In this document: positions 28,425-38,781 of the stretch, in pieces
Layout of the letters: each line of letters opens with the position of its first letter
How positions within the stretch are numbered: position 1 is the first letter of the stretch
Origin: Chloroflexota bacterium
GTDB lineage: Bacteria > Chloroflexota > Limnocylindria > Limnocylindrales > CSP1-4
Assembly (NCBI GenBank): GCA_017881915.1
Contig: JADGQK010000002.1
Span: forward strand, 18,326 to 82,325
Length of the DNA: 64,000 nucleotides
Direction of reading: 5' to 3'
Translations under genes and position numbers: made by a program
Notes under the pieces: model-generated
The model's input: only the letters and a program-made list of their open reading frames with translations
Databases searched by the model: none
What the model was told of the DNA's origin: nothing

Positions 28425-29219
28425 ATGCCCGGCCATGAGCCCTTCCCGGGCCTGTCAGCGGTCAGCTTCGACTTCGGGAACACGCTCGTGCCCGTCGGCC
28501 GGGCCGACCTGCGGTCCGTGGTCGAACGGATGACCACGGCCGTGATCGAACGCACTGGCTTGCTCGACCGGGAGGCCTTCCGGGCAGCCTGGGCCGAGGA
28601 GCGCGAGCGCCAGTTTGCCGAAGAGGTGCCCAGGCTGCGCGAGGTCGATCTCGACCGGCGGGTCGTCCGGGTCCTCGCCCGGCTGCGCGGGATGGATCCG
28701 CCGTCGCGGGCCGGTTCGTGGGATGACGCGGCCGCCAGTCAGCGCTCCACGCCGGCCGAGGTTGCCTTCGCGGTCGACGCGTACAGCGCCGCGTTCGTCG
28801 CGCTGGTCCCCGCGCCGGCCGAGGTGGGCCCACTGCTCGAGCGGCTGGCCGGGCGGTTCGTTTTGGGCGTGCTCTCGAACTGGCCGCTCGCCTCCACGAT
28901 TGATGCATACGTCGACGCAGCCGGCTGGCGGCCTTTCCTGCGGGCGGTTGTCGTGTCCCAGCGAGTGGGCTCGATCAAGCCGGATCCCCGGATCTTCCGG
29001 GCCGCCGAGACGGTACTGGGCAGCACGGGCACCGCCATCCTGCATGTCGGGGATGACTGGGCGGCCGATGTCGTCGGGGCGAAACGCGCAGGCTGGCGGG
29101 CCGCCTACCTGCGCGACCGACAAACAGGCTCGCCGCTACCGGGGTCGCGACCGGACGGGTCCGTGCTGGCCGATCTCGAGATCGAGTCGCTCGATGCCCT
29201 CGAGGCGGCGCTGGCCTGA
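28425..29219 (+). CDS. HAD superfamily hydrolase
   Basis: FDFGNTL, LSNW, KPDPRIF and HVGDDWAADVVGA motifs. Confidence 0.9.
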   Translation: MPGHEPFPGLSAVSFDFGNTLVPVGRADLRSVVERMTTAVIERTGLLDREAFRAAWAEERERQFAEEVPRLREVDLDRRVVRVLARLRGMDPPSRAGSWDDAAASQRSTPAEVAFAVDAYSAAFVALVPAPAEVGPLLERLAGRFVLGVLSNWPLASTIDAYVDAAGWRPFLRAVVVSQRVGSIKPDPRIFRAAETVLGSTGTAILHVGDDWAADVVGAKRAGWRAAYLRDRQTGSPLPGSRPDGSVLADLEIESLDALEAALA

Positions 29220-29253
29220 GCCGTGGAGCGGGCGCCCGCTAGACTTCCTGAGC

Positions 29254-29628
29254 ATGGAACCCCGGGATCGCCTGATCAACATCGCGACATTGCTCGCCGC
29301 CGCCCTGGCCTGGGGCGCCGTCCTGGTCATCGTCACGACCCAGGATCCCCGGACGAGCGGCCAGGCCGCGTTCGCCGGAGCGATCAGCATCGGGGCCGCG
29401 GTCGGCCTGACCACCGTCCCACTCCTGTGGCTGGCCATCTTCAGCCGGCATGCCCGGATCGCTTATCGGGGCGACTGGACCCGGGCGTTCCGGCGAGGTG
29501 GCTGGGTGGCCTTCGTGGGCGCCCTGTTCGTCCTGCTTCGACTCGAGAAGGCGTTCAGCCTGCCGATCGCCCTGTTCGTTCTGGTCATCGTCGGCGTGGC
29601 CGAGGCCACCCTGTCGGTTGACCGTTGA
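29254..29628 (+). CDS. Four-TM hypothetical membrane protein
   Basis: Four hydrophobic segments; TAGACT 8 nt before the ATG; stop overlaps the next start. Confidence 0.75.
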   Translation: MEPRDRLINIATLLAAALAWGAVLVIVTTQDPRTSGQAAFAGAISIGAAVGLTTVPLLWLAIFSRHARIAYRGDWTRAFRRGGWVAFVGALFVLLRLEKAFSLPIALFVLVIVGVAEATLSVDR

Positions 29629-30869
29629 GCCCTCCCGCCCAGCCGAGCCCGATCCTGCCGCTGGCCGGCACGAAGCCGGCCGAGCCGTTCGCGCCGGTCA
29701 AGGCCCGCATCGCAGCAGCCGTCGACTCGAACCGCGCCGAGATCCTGGCGCTGAGCCACCGAATCCATGCCAATCCGGAGCCCGCCTTTGAAGAGGTTCA
29801 GGCGGCAGGCTGGGTCGCCCAGGCAATCGCCGCCCACGGCTTCGTCGTCGAGCACCCGGCCGGCAGTCTGGCGACCGCACTGCGCGGAAGGCTGCGCGGC
29901 GGCCTGGCGGGAGAGCCGGGTGGGGACCGGCCCAGGATCGGGATCCTCGCCGAGTACGATGCGCTGCCCGGTCTCGGCCACGGCTGCGGTCACAACACGA
30001 TGGCTGCGTCGGGGGTTGGCGCGGCGATCGCCCTGTCGGCCATCGCGACGGACCTGCCCGGCGAGATCGTGTTCCTGGGCACGCCCGCCGAGGAGCGTGG
30101 TTCGGGCAAGGGCGTGATGCTCGACGAGGGACTCTTCGAAGGGCTCGACGCGGCCCTCCTGTACCACCCGTCGGACATGACCCATGTCACTTGCGGCCTG
30201 CTTGCGAGCGAGGACGTCCACGTCACGTTTCACGGCTTCCAGGCGCACGCCGCGTCCGACCCATGGCAGGGCCGCAATGCCCTCGATGCGATGATCCTGC
30301 TGTTCAGCTCGATCGGCCTGTGGCGCCAGCAGCTCCGGCCCGAGGCTCGCGTCCACGGGGTGATCCTCGAGGGCGGCAGCGCGGCGAACATCATCCCGGA
30401 ACGGACCCGCGCCTGGTTCATGGTCCGCTCGCCGGACGAAGCGGAGTACGAGCGGATGCGGGTTCGCTTCGACGAGCTCTGCCGGGCCGCGGCGCTGGCC
30501 GCCGGTTGCACGGTCGACGTCGTCTTCAGCGGGCGGTCCTCCACGATGCGCAACAACATGGTCCTGGCCGATCGATTCGGCGCAAACCTGGCGGCCTACG
30601 GCGTGATCGCGGGCTCCCAGCCCGAGAACCTGGGCAGCTCGGATATGGGCAATGTCAGCCAGGTCCTGCCCACGATCCACCCGTGTGTCGCGATCTGCCC
30701 GGCCGGCGTTCCTGGTCACTCGATCGAGTTCCGCGATGCGGCCGGCCTGCCGTACGCCGACGAGGTCACCCTGCTCGTCGCCACCGTCGTGGCCCAGACC
30801 GCCTACGAGCTGTTCGCGGACCCGGCGCTGGTCGAGGCGGCCTGGCACGAATTCCGGGCGGGCGCCTGA
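29625..30869 (+). CDS. M20 family amidohydrolase (AbgB/PM20D2-like)
   Basis: IHANPEPAFEE, AEYDALPGLGHGCGHN, GTPAEE and GSSDMGNVS motifs. Confidence 0.92.
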   Translation: MSPPAQPSPILPLAGTKPAEPFAPVKARIAAAVDSNRAEILALSHRIHANPEPAFEEVQAAGWVAQAIAAHGFVVEHPAGSLATALRGRLRGGLAGEPGGDRPRIGILAEYDALPGLGHGCGHNTMAASGVGAAIALSAIATDLPGEIVFLGTPAEERGSGKGVMLDEGLFEGLDAALLYHPSDMTHVTCGLLASEDVHVTFHGFQAHAASDPWQGRNALDAMILLFSSIGLWRQQLRPEARVHGVILEGGSAANIIPERTRAWFMVRSPDEAEYERMRVRFDELCRAAALAAGCTVDVVFSGRSSTMRNNMVLADRFGANLAAYGVIAGSQPENLGSSDMGNVSQVLPTIHPCVAICPAGVPGHSIEFRDAAGLPYADEVTLLVATVVAQTAYELFADPALVEAAWHEFRAGA

Positions 30870-31055
30870 CGGTTGCATCCGCTGGGCGGCGCCGACCGCG
30901 GCGGGTCAGGTCGGCCGTTTGGGCAATGCTAGGATGGCCCCGGCGCGCCCCGCTGGACGCTCGATTCGAACCGGCGGCGTCCCCAGAAGACGCGATCGCG
31001 TGGCCCATCCGGCTTCCTGCCGGCCGGTCGGCGACCCGTCTCCCGGAGGTCCTTG

Positions 31056-32123
31056 ATGGCCGAGCGCCATGACCCAGCCCCGGCCGGCAGCTTCGCCGCG
31101 GCCAATGGTTGGGACCGCCAGTACGAGGCCTACTCCGACTTCGACCTGCCCACCTACGTCGGCCCAACGACATTCATGAACCTGCCCTGGATCAGCGACC
31201 CGGCCACCCTGCGGGCCCGGCGCGCGGACGTTGCGATCATCGGCGCGCCCTTCGATGACGCGGTGAGCCACCGGTCGGGCGCCCGCTTCGGTCCACGGGC
31301 GATCCGCCAGGCGCAGTACACCTCGGGATCGATCAACTCGCTTCAGCTCGGTGTTGAGCCGTTCGAGGTGCTCGACGTCGTGGACGCCGGCGACGCGAAC
31401 ATCGTGCCGGCCTGGGCCGAGCGCGCCCACGCCATGATCTATCGCAAGGTCCGCGAGGTTGCCGAGACCGGCGCCATCCCGATCATCCTGGGGGGCGACC
31501 ACTCGATCACCTGGCCGGCGGCCACGGCGATCGCCGAGATCCGCCGGCCAGGCTCGATCGGGATCGTCCACTTCGACGCCCATGCCGATACGGCCAGTGA
31601 TGACTGGGGCGTGCTGGCCGGCCATGGCACCCCGATGCGCCGCCTGATTGAATCGGGCGCGGTCAAGGGCTCCAACTTCGTGCAGGTTGGCCTGCGCGGC
31701 TACTGGCCGGCGGTCGACGTCTTCCAGTGGATGCGGGCCCACGGGCTGCGGTACCACCTCATGCGCGAGATCGAGGATCGCGGGGCGGAGGCGGTCATCG
31801 CCGACGCGATCGCCGAGGCGCTCGACGGCCCGGATTACGTCTACCTGAGCCTCGACATCGATGTCATCGATCCGGGCCTCGCCCCGGGGACCGGAACGCC
31901 TGAACCGGGTGGGATGCTCACTCGTGAGGTGCTCCGGGCGATTCGCCAGGTGGTCGGCGCGGTCGAGCTGTGTGGGATGGATATCGTCGAGGTCTCGCCG
32001 CCGTACGACCATGCCGAGACGACCGCAATGGTCGCCAACCGGGCGGCTCTCGAGGCGATCAGCGCGCTGGCGGTCAAGAAACGGGCCGGGACCAGGGTCC
32101 GCTGGGAGCCGCCTGCCGCGTGA
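31056..32123 (+). CDS. speB: Agmatinase / ureohydrolase family protein
   Basis: GARFGPRAIR, GGDHSI, HFDAHAD, HGTP, SLDIDVIDP..APGTGTPEPGG and EVSPPYD motifs. Confidence 0.88.
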   Translation: MAERHDPAPAGSFAAANGWDRQYEAYSDFDLPTYVGPTTFMNLPWISDPATLRARRADVAIIGAPFDDAVSHRSGARFGPRAIRQAQYTSGSINSLQLGVEPFEVLDVVDAGDANIVPAWAERAHAMIYRKVREVAETGAIPIILGGDHSITWPAATAIAEIRRPGSIGIVHFDAHADTASDDWGVLAGHGTPMRRLIESGAVKGSNFVQVGLRGYWPAVDVFQWMRAHGLRYHLMREIEDRGAEAVIADAIAEALDGPDYVYLSLDIDVIDPGLAPGTGTPEPGGMLTREVLRAIRQVVGAVELCGMDIVEVSPPYDHAETTAMVANRAALEAISALAVKKRAGTRVRWEPPAA

Positions 32124-32884
32124 CCGACGCCGACCTCCACGCCGACGCACTTGCCCGGCTGTACGACCTTGATCTGGCCGAGGATCCCGGCGACGACATC
32201 GGGCTGTACCTCGCGCTGGCCGCCCGGACGGGGGGCCCGATCCTGGAGCTGGCGGCCGGCACCGGCCGAATCGTCCGGCCCCTCGCCGCAGCGGGTTACG
32301 CGGTCACCGCGGTTGATTTCGACCCCGCGATGCTCGCCCGCCTGACGGCAACGGCGCTCGGCGGGGTCACGACCGTCCTGGCCGACCTGACGACCTGGCG
32401 CCCACCCGCACCGACCTACCGCCTGGCGATCCTGGGCCTCAATTCGATCTTCCTCCTGGCCGAGCGCCACCGCCAGCGGGCGGCCCTCGAGGCCCTCGCT
32501 GCAGCGCTCCTCCCGGGCGGCCTGGCGGTCGTCGACATCTGGCTGCCGGACGCGGTCGACCTGGCCCGTTACGACCAGCGCCTCCTGCTCGAGTACGTCC
32601 GGACCGACCCGCAGACGGGGCGGATCGTGACGAAGACGGTCGCCGCACTCCATGACGCCGCGACGGCCACGGTCGTGCTCAGCGCGATCTACGAGGAAGG
32701 GCTGCCCGGGGCGCCAGCCGTTCGCTGGATTCGGCGCGACGTCCTCCGCCTGATCGGGGCCGCGGAGCTGGTCGACCTGGCCCGGGCCGCCGGCCTGGAG
32801 GTGGATGCGCTGGCCGGCGACTATGGCCTTGACCCGCTCGGGCCGGGCAGCGAGCGCGCGATCCTCGTTGCCAGACGTCCATAG
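32120..32884 (+). CDS. Class I SAM-dependent methyltransferase
   Basis: ILELAAGTGR motif I, AVDFDPAML and LLPGGLAVVD. Confidence 0.88.
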   Translation: MTDADLHADALARLYDLDLAEDPGDDIGLYLALAARTGGPILELAAGTGRIVRPLAAAGYAVTAVDFDPAMLARLTATALGGVTTVLADLTTWRPPAPTYRLAILGLNSIFLLAERHRQRAALEALAAALLPGGLAVVDIWLPDAVDLARYDQRLLLEYVRTDPQTGRIVTKTVAALHDAATATVVLSAIYEEGLPGAPAVRWIRRDVLRLIGAAELVDLARAAGLEVDALAGDYGLDPLGPGSERAILVARRP

Positions 32885-32956
32885 CCTCGATGGCGGGGTG
32901 GCCGATGACCCGTTCGGCGGGCTAGGCAGGCACCGTCCGCATGGTATCGTCGGTCG

Positions 32957-34102
32957 ATGGGCAAGGACCAGATCCGGCTCCTGATCGTTGAAGACGTCCC
33001 CCAGGTGGCTCAGTACATCCGTGGCTTGCTCAACGCCCAGAGTACGATCAAGCTACTGGAAGTCCTGACCGACGGCTCGAAGGCCGCCGGCCAGATCAGC
33101 CAGCTGCGGCCCGATGTCATCGTCGTTGATGCGCTGCTCCAGGGCAGGATCAAAGGCCTCCAGCTCGTCGACCAGCTCCACGGCGGCGGGATCGGCCTGC
33201 CGATGATCGTGCTGACGGTCCCCCAGCACCCGATCGAGCCTGATCCGGAACGCGGCATCCACGCCGTCCTGATGATGCCGTTCTCGGGCTTCGACCTGAT
33301 GAACAAGGTGTCGGGCGTCCACCACTCGTTCCAGGCCAGCGCGCAGGCTGCCGGATCGCGGGTCGTCACGGTCTTCGCTCCGAAGGGCGGCGTGGGCAAG
33401 ACGACCATTGCCTTCAACCTGGCCGTGGCCATGGCCCAGGCCGGCAGGCGCACGGCCCTGATCGATGGCAGCCTCCAGTTCGGTGACCTGCGTTCGTTGC
33501 TCAAGGTACCGCCGGACGCGCCCTCAATCCTCGACCTGCCCACCGACCGGGTCCAGGAGTCCGACCTCGCCGACGTCATGTGGCGCGACCCGTCGGGGGT
33601 CGACATCCTCCTTGCCCCGCCCCGGATCGAGCAGGCGGAGATGGTCACCGTGCGCGACGTGGACAAGATCCTGTCGCTCCTCCGGCGGGTCTACGAGGTG
33701 GTCGTGATCGACACCCCGGCTGCCCTGACGGACACGACCCTGAGCTTCTTGGACGCCTGCGACACGATCGTCGAGATCGTCACGTTCGACTCGACGACGA
33801 TCCACAACACGCTGGCCATGGCCGACACCTTCCGCTCGATCGGCTACCCACCGAGCAAAGTCCGCTACCTGGTGAATCGGGCCGATTCCTCGGGTGGGAT
33901 GGACACCAGCGAGTTGGGAAAGGCGATCGGCCGGGTGCCCGAGCACTACGTCGTGTCCGACGGCCGGTTGGTGATCCAGGCGAACAACCGGGGTGTGCCG
34001 TTCGTCCTGGCCGAACCCGGTGCCCAGGTCAGCCTGGACATCACCCGGGTGGCAGCCGAGCTCCTCGTGGGCGACCGGGTTCCGGTCGGGGCACGGCGCT
34101 AG
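32957..34102 (+). CDS. Atypical receiver domain fused to CpaE/TadZ-like MinD/ParA ATPase
   Basis: REC-like N-terminus; KGGVGKTT, DGSLQFGD, IDTP and LVNR motifs. Confidence 0.85.
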   Translation: MGKDQIRLLIVEDVPQVAQYIRGLLNAQSTIKLLEVLTDGSKAAGQISQLRPDVIVVDALLQGRIKGLQLVDQLHGGGIGLPMIVLTVPQHPIEPDPERGIHAVLMMPFSGFDLMNKVSGVHHSFQASAQAAGSRVVTVFAPKGGVGKTTIAFNLAVAMAQAGRRTALIDGSLQFGDLRSLLKVPPDAPSILDLPTDRVQESDLADVMWRDPSGVDILLAPPRIEQAEMVTVRDVDKILSLLRRVYEVVVIDTPAALTDTTLSFLDACDTIVEIVTFDSTTIHNTLAMADTFRSIGYPPSKVRYLVNRADSSGGMDTSELGKAIGRVPEHYVVSDGRLVIQANNRGVPFVLAEPGAQVSLDITRVAAELLVGDRVPVGARR

Positions 34103-34107
34103 GTCCG

Positions 34108-35028
34108 GTGTCCGACCCGCGTCCGATCGGCGTCTTCGACTCCGGCGTCGGCGGACTGACGGTCCTGCGGGAAATCCTTCGGCGGATGCCCCGCGAATCG
34201 ACGATCTACCTGGGCGACAACGCCCGGGCCCCATACGGACCGCGATCCGACGAGGAAGTCCTCGCCTTCAGCCGGCAGGCGATCGGACGGCTGGCCGAAC
34301 GGGATGTCAAGGCGATCGTCATCGCCTGTAACACATCCACTGCGATCGCCCTGGCCGACCTGCGCCGGCGCCATGACCTGCCCATCCTGGGCGTGATCCG
34401 GCCGGGTGCCGTGACCGCCGCCCTCTCGACCCGCAACCGCCGGGTCGGGGTGATCGCAACGCCGGCCACGGTCCGTTCCCATGCCTACTTCCAGGCGATC
34501 AAGGAGGAAAACCCTGCGATCGAAGTCTTCGAGCACGCCACACCGGCCTTGGTGCCCCTCGTCGAGGCCGGCCAGCTACGTGGACCCGCGGTGGAGGCGG
34601 TCGTGCGTGAGTCGCTGGCGGGGCTGCTCGGCGAGCGGAGCGCAGACGGTGCGCCGAGCGGGCCGCCGCCCGCGTCGGCCGGCATTGACACGCTCCTCTT
34701 GGGCTGCACCCACTACCCGCTGATCGAGGCGGCCATTCGATCCGTCAGCGGCGAGCGGATCGCGATCGTCGACTCGGCCACGGCCACCGCCGGGGCGCTG
34801 GTCGACCTCCTTGCGATCAACGGGCTCGAGGCGCCCGGCTCGAGTCGGGGGACCGCGGCCGACCCGGGCCATAACGGCCACGACCAACCCACGACAACGA
34901 TCCGACCGATCGTCCACCGCCAGCTGACGACCGGATCGGTTGACTCGTTCCGGGACCTTGCCGGCCGGTTGTTCGGGGACGGCTTCGTGGACGTCGAGGC
35001 AATCGAACTGGGGGTTCCCGTCGGATGA
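34108..35028 (+). CDS. murI: Glutamate racemase
   Basis: FDSGVGGLTV, PYG, IACNT and LGCTHYP motifs. Confidence 0.95.
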   Translation: MSDPRPIGVFDSGVGGLTVLREILRRMPRESTIYLGDNARAPYGPRSDEEVLAFSRQAIGRLAERDVKAIVIACNTSTAIALADLRRRHDLPILGVIRPGAVTAALSTRNRRVGVIATPATVRSHAYFQAIKEENPAIEVFEHATPALVPLVEAGQLRGPAVEAVVRESLAGLLGERSADGAPSGPPPASAGIDTLLLGCTHYPLIEAAIRSVSGERIAIVDSATATAGALVDLLAINGLEAPGSSRGTAADPGHNGHDQPTTTIRPIVHRQLTTGSVDSFRDLAGRLFGDGFVDVEAIELGVPVG

Positions 35029-36218
35029 CCAACCCACGCCGAGACGATCGGCTGTGGCAGGCCGGCTTCCTCGTGGGGTCAGCCCTCGGGGCGGCCGTTA
35101 CCGTGCTGGGCCGGCGGGCGGAGCGCTCGGCTCGCCGCGGCCTGGTCGACTGGACCCAGGCCGAGGCTGTCGCGGTCGGCCGGCTGCGCAAGGCGCCTGG
35201 TCGCCTGGATGCCGCCGAGCTCCGGCGATCCGAGCCGGCCTACGCCGCGGCGATGGCCGTCGTCGTACCCCGCCTGGCCAGCGCACTGGGGACCGAGCTT
35301 CCCGGGATCGTGGATCGGGTCGGTGTCGTCGACCGGGCGGGCTGGGTGCGGGCCAACGCGGCGAGCTTCGCCGACCTGATCGGCCGTCTCGAGGGACAGC
35401 TTCTCGACCAGGTCGTGCCGACCGGTGGCGGGCTCGTCCCGGCGACCCTGGCGATCGCCAACCGCTGGGTCACGACCCACCAGATCGGCTACCTCCTGGG
35501 GTTCATGGGCGGGCGCGTCCTCGGCCAGTACGACCTGGCTCTCCTGGCAGCCGAGACGACGCCCGGCCGGCTCCTGTTTGTCGAGGAGAACATCCGCCAG
35601 ACAGCCAGGGTGCTCGACGTGCCGCTCGATCCGTTCCGGATCTGGATCGCGCTGCATGAGACGACCCATGCGTTCGAGTTCGAGGCGCACCCCTGGCTGC
35701 GACCCTATCTCGCGGAGCGACTGGAGCGCCAGTTGACGGCCTTCTCGAACGGGGCCGCCGCGCTCAGCCGGGACGGCCTGAAGCGGCTCGGCCGTTCACT
35801 CCGGGGTGAGGCCGGTGCCGAGCACTGGATGGAGCGGCTGATGGACGGCGAGCAGCGCCGGCTCTTCCGGGAGACCCAGGCGGTGATGAGCCTGCTCGAG
35901 GGCTTCAGTGACTACGTCATGGACGAGTACGGCCGGGACCTGGTGCCCGGCGTGGACCGGATCAGCGAACGGTTCCACGCCCGGCGTGACCAAAAGAAGA
36001 CCGGCGTCGAGCGGGCGATGATGCGGCTGATCGGGATGGACCTGAAGATGGAGCAATACCGCAAGGGCGAACGCTTCGTGGCCGCGATCGCTCGCGTCGG
36101 CGGCTCGACCGCGCTCAACCGCCTGTGGGATGGACCGGAGAGCCTGCCCCGCGACGGCGAGATCGACGCCCCGGAGCGCTGGCTGACGCGGGTGATCGGG
36201 TCGCGAGGCGACGCTTGA
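35025..36218 (+). CDS. Zinc-dependent metalloprotease-like protein (DUF2342/Zincin_2)
   Basis: VLGQYD, LHETTH, MSLLEGFSDYVMD and KMEQYRKGERF motifs. Confidence 0.88.
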   Translation: MTNPRRDDRLWQAGFLVGSALGAAVTVLGRRAERSARRGLVDWTQAEAVAVGRLRKAPGRLDAAELRRSEPAYAAAMAVVVPRLASALGTELPGIVDRVGVVDRAGWVRANAASFADLIGRLEGQLLDQVVPTGGGLVPATLAIANRWVTTHQIGYLLGFMGGRVLGQYDLALLAAETTPGRLLFVEENIRQTARVLDVPLDPFRIWIALHETTHAFEFEAHPWLRPYLAERLERQLTAFSNGAAALSRDGLKRLGRSLRGEAGAEHWMERLMDGEQRRLFRETQAVMSLLEGFSDYVMDEYGRDLVPGVDRISERFHARRDQKKTGVERAMMRLIGMDLKMEQYRKGERFVAAIARVGGSTALNRLWDGPESLPRDGEIDAPERWLTRVIGSRGDA

Positions 36219-37303
36219 GCGAGATCAGCCGGGTGGCCGGTCCGGGGCGCGGGCCCCACGGCGTGCCCGCGGCGATCGCCCTCAGCCCGATCCTCTCCGC
36301 CCGCTACCGTTCTCGCGACCTCGAGCGGATCCGGGCCGCGGCGCCCGGCTCGCGCCTGGTGATGATCTCGGTCGAGGGGCTGGCCGATGGCCCGGTCGAC
36401 GAGGCCGAGGTCCTGCTCCGCGGATTCCTGGGCGCGGATGCCTTCGATCGCCTCCTCGCCCGAACGCCGCGGCTGGCCTGGGTCCACTCGGCGACGGCCG
36501 GCGTCGAGCGGGTCCTCACCCCGGCCAGCCTCAAGCGCGACCTGTTGATCACGAACGCCCGGGGAGTCTTCTCGCAGCCGATCGCCGAGTACGTCCTGAT
36601 GATGATCCTGGCTGTGAGCCGTCGCTTGCCCCAGCTTCTCGAGCTGCAAGGCGAGCGGACATGGCAGCCGCTCGAGGGTGCCGAGCTCGGTGACGTGACT
36701 GTTGGGATCGTCGGCCTGGGCTCGATCGGGCGGGCGGTCGCTACGCTGGCGACGGCGTTCGGCAGCCGGGTCATCGCGACCCGGCGGCGGTCGGAGGTCG
36801 GGACCGCGGCCGTTCCGGAGGGGGAAGCGGCCGATGACCACTCCGGTGCGTCCGGCGGCACCTCCGGGGACCTGCTCATCATCGACCGGATCCTTGGTCC
36901 GGACGGCCTGCCCGAGCTGCTGGCCGAGTCCGACTTCGTCGTCCTCGCTGCACCCCTGACCGCCGCTACAGAGGGCCTGATCGACGGCCCGGCGCTCGAA
37001 GCGATGAAGCCAGGCGCGTGGCTGATCAATGTCGCTCGCGGTCGCCTCGTCGACGAGCGAGCCCTCCTGCGGGCCCTCCGCGAAGGCCATATCGGTGGCG
37101 CGGTCCTCGACACATTCCGGGATGAGCCGCTGTCGGCAAGCTCGCCCTTCTACGACCTGGACAACGTGATCGTCACGCCCCATACGTCATGGTCGAGCGG
37201 CCGCGTCCTCGATCGGTCGGTCGAGCTGTTCTGCGAGAACCTGCGTCGCTACGCCGCCGGCCAGCCCCTCCTGAACGTCGTCGACCCGGCGGCTGGCTAC
37301 TGA
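36215..37303 (+). CDS. D-2-hydroxyacid dehydrogenase
   Basis: GLGSIG, INVARG, LDTF..EPL and TPHTS motifs. Confidence 0.9.
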   Translation: MSEISRVAGPGRGPHGVPAAIALSPILSARYRSRDLERIRAAAPGSRLVMISVEGLADGPVDEAEVLLRGFLGADAFDRLLARTPRLAWVHSATAGVERVLTPASLKRDLLITNARGVFSQPIAEYVLMMILAVSRRLPQLLELQGERTWQPLEGAELGDVTVGIVGLGSIGRAVATLATAFGSRVIATRRRSEVGTAAVPEGEAADDHSGASGGTSGDLLIIDRILGPDGLPELLAESDFVVLAAPLTAATEGLIDGPALEAMKPGAWLINVARGRLVDERALLRALREGHIGGAVLDTFRDEPLSASSPFYDLDNVIVTPHTSWSSGRVLDRSVELFCENLRRYAAGQPLLNVVDPAAGY

Positions 37304-37342
37304 CCCGACGTCGGTCGGCGTGATCGACGACAATCGAACCTG

Positions 37343-38446
37343 ATGCAGATCGCGATCGTCGGGCTTGCCGCCTCCGGCAAGACCACTGTGTTCAACACCC
37401 TGACCCGGGGCCATGCGGAGACCGGCGGATTCGGCGGGATGCAACTGAACGTCGGGGTGGTCAAGGTACCCGACGACCGCCTCGATCGCCTCGCCGCGAT
37501 CTTCAAGCCCCGGAAGATCGTTCACGCCGACGTCACCTACGCCGACCTGCCGGCCCCGCCGGCGTCGTCCGAGGGCCGGGTCGGAACGGAGGAGCTGCCG
37601 GCCGAGCATCTCGCCCGGTTGCGCGACGCGGATGCGCTCCTCCACGTGATCCGGGCGTTCGAAGACCCGTCCGTGCCCCATCCCGAGGGTTCGGTTGATC
37701 CCTGGCGAGACCTCGAGCGACTCGATCTCGAGTTCATCCTGGCCGACTTGACGGTCACCGAGCGGCGTCTCGAGCGACTCCGGGCGACCGGTCGCCATGG
37801 CACCCCAGCCGAGCGCGAGTCGAACGAGCGCGAGGAGGTCATCCTGACCCGGCTCCATGCCGGCCTCGTCAAGGGCGAGCCGATTCGCGACATCGAGCTG
37901 GACGCCGACGAGGAGAAGGCGCTCCGTGGCTTCCGCTTCCTCAGCCAGAAACCGGTCCTCGTCCTGCTCAATGTGGGCGAGGGCGATATCGCCCGCGAGG
38001 CCCAGATCGTCGCCGGTGTAGCCGGTCGCTACGAGCATCGCGGGGCGATCGTGGACGCGCTCTCGGCGCGGATCGAGATGGAACTCGGCGAGCTCGAGCC
38101 GGACGAGGCGCTGGCCTTCATGGAGGAGCTCGGGATCCACGGCTCCAGCCTCGATCGGGTGATCGCCCTGTCCTACCGGTTGCTCGGGCTCGTCAGCTTC
38201 CTGACCGCCGGTCCGGACGAGGTCCGGGCCTGGCCGATCACGGCCGGCTCGACGGCGGTCGATGCAGCGGGAGCGATCCACACCGACCTTGCCCGAGGCT
38301 TCATTCGGGCCGAGACCGTGGCGTACGAGGACCTCGTCGAGCTCGGCTCGATGGCCGAAGCGCGCAAGCACGGCCGGCTGCGCTCCGAAGGCAAGACCTA
38401 CCTCGTCCGCGACGGGGACGTGCTCGAGATCCTGTTCAGCAAGTAG
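37343..38446 (+). CDS. ychF: Ribosome-binding ATPase YchF
   Basis: P-loop GLAASGKTT, VPDDRLD, FLTAGPDEVRAW, AGAIHTDLARGFIRAE and EGKTYLVRDGD. Confidence 0.93.
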   Translation: MQIAIVGLAASGKTTVFNTLTRGHAETGGFGGMQLNVGVVKVPDDRLDRLAAIFKPRKIVHADVTYADLPAPPASSEGRVGTEELPAEHLARLRDADALLHVIRAFEDPSVPHPEGSVDPWRDLERLDLEFILADLTVTERRLERLRATGRHGTPAERESNEREEVILTRLHAGLVKGEPIRDIELDADEEKALRGFRFLSQKPVLVLLNVGEGDIAREAQIVAGVAGRYEHRGAIVDALSARIEMELGELEPDEALAFMEELGIHGSSLDRVIALSYRLLGLVSFLTAGPDEVRAWPITAGSTAVDAAGAIHTDLARGFIRAETVAYEDLVELGSMAEARKHGRLRSEGKTYLVRDGDVLEILFSK

Positions 38447-38781
38447 CCGCTCGTCGCGCGGACGCGGCGCCTCCGGCCCCGGCGTAGGACCACAGGCGTT
38501 CCGGCCTCGATGATCGCCTCAGGAGAACAACGCGATGGAATCGGGGTGGGTCGTGCCCGGTTGGCGCACCCATTGCGGCGATTCGCTCTCCAGTCGCGAA
38601 CGAATCAGTGGAATCGACGATCGCCACCCTCCGTTGTGGCTTCGATTCGGTCGCTTTGATTGCCCCAGGAGATCGGTGAGTTGGGCAAGAGCCCGAACGC
38701 GCCACGGCGCGGCCGCGGCCCGACCGCCGCCCTTGGTGGCGCGTCTCCGCCCCGGTCTGCGCGCTCGACGGCACGCGCCGA

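Noticed and set aside
30870..31055. Guanidine riboswitch upstream of the agmatinase-family gene
   Set aside because: The leader is long enough, but I could not find ykkC-I, the twin ACGR hairpins of class II or a convincing class III consensus. An Rfam scan would settle it.
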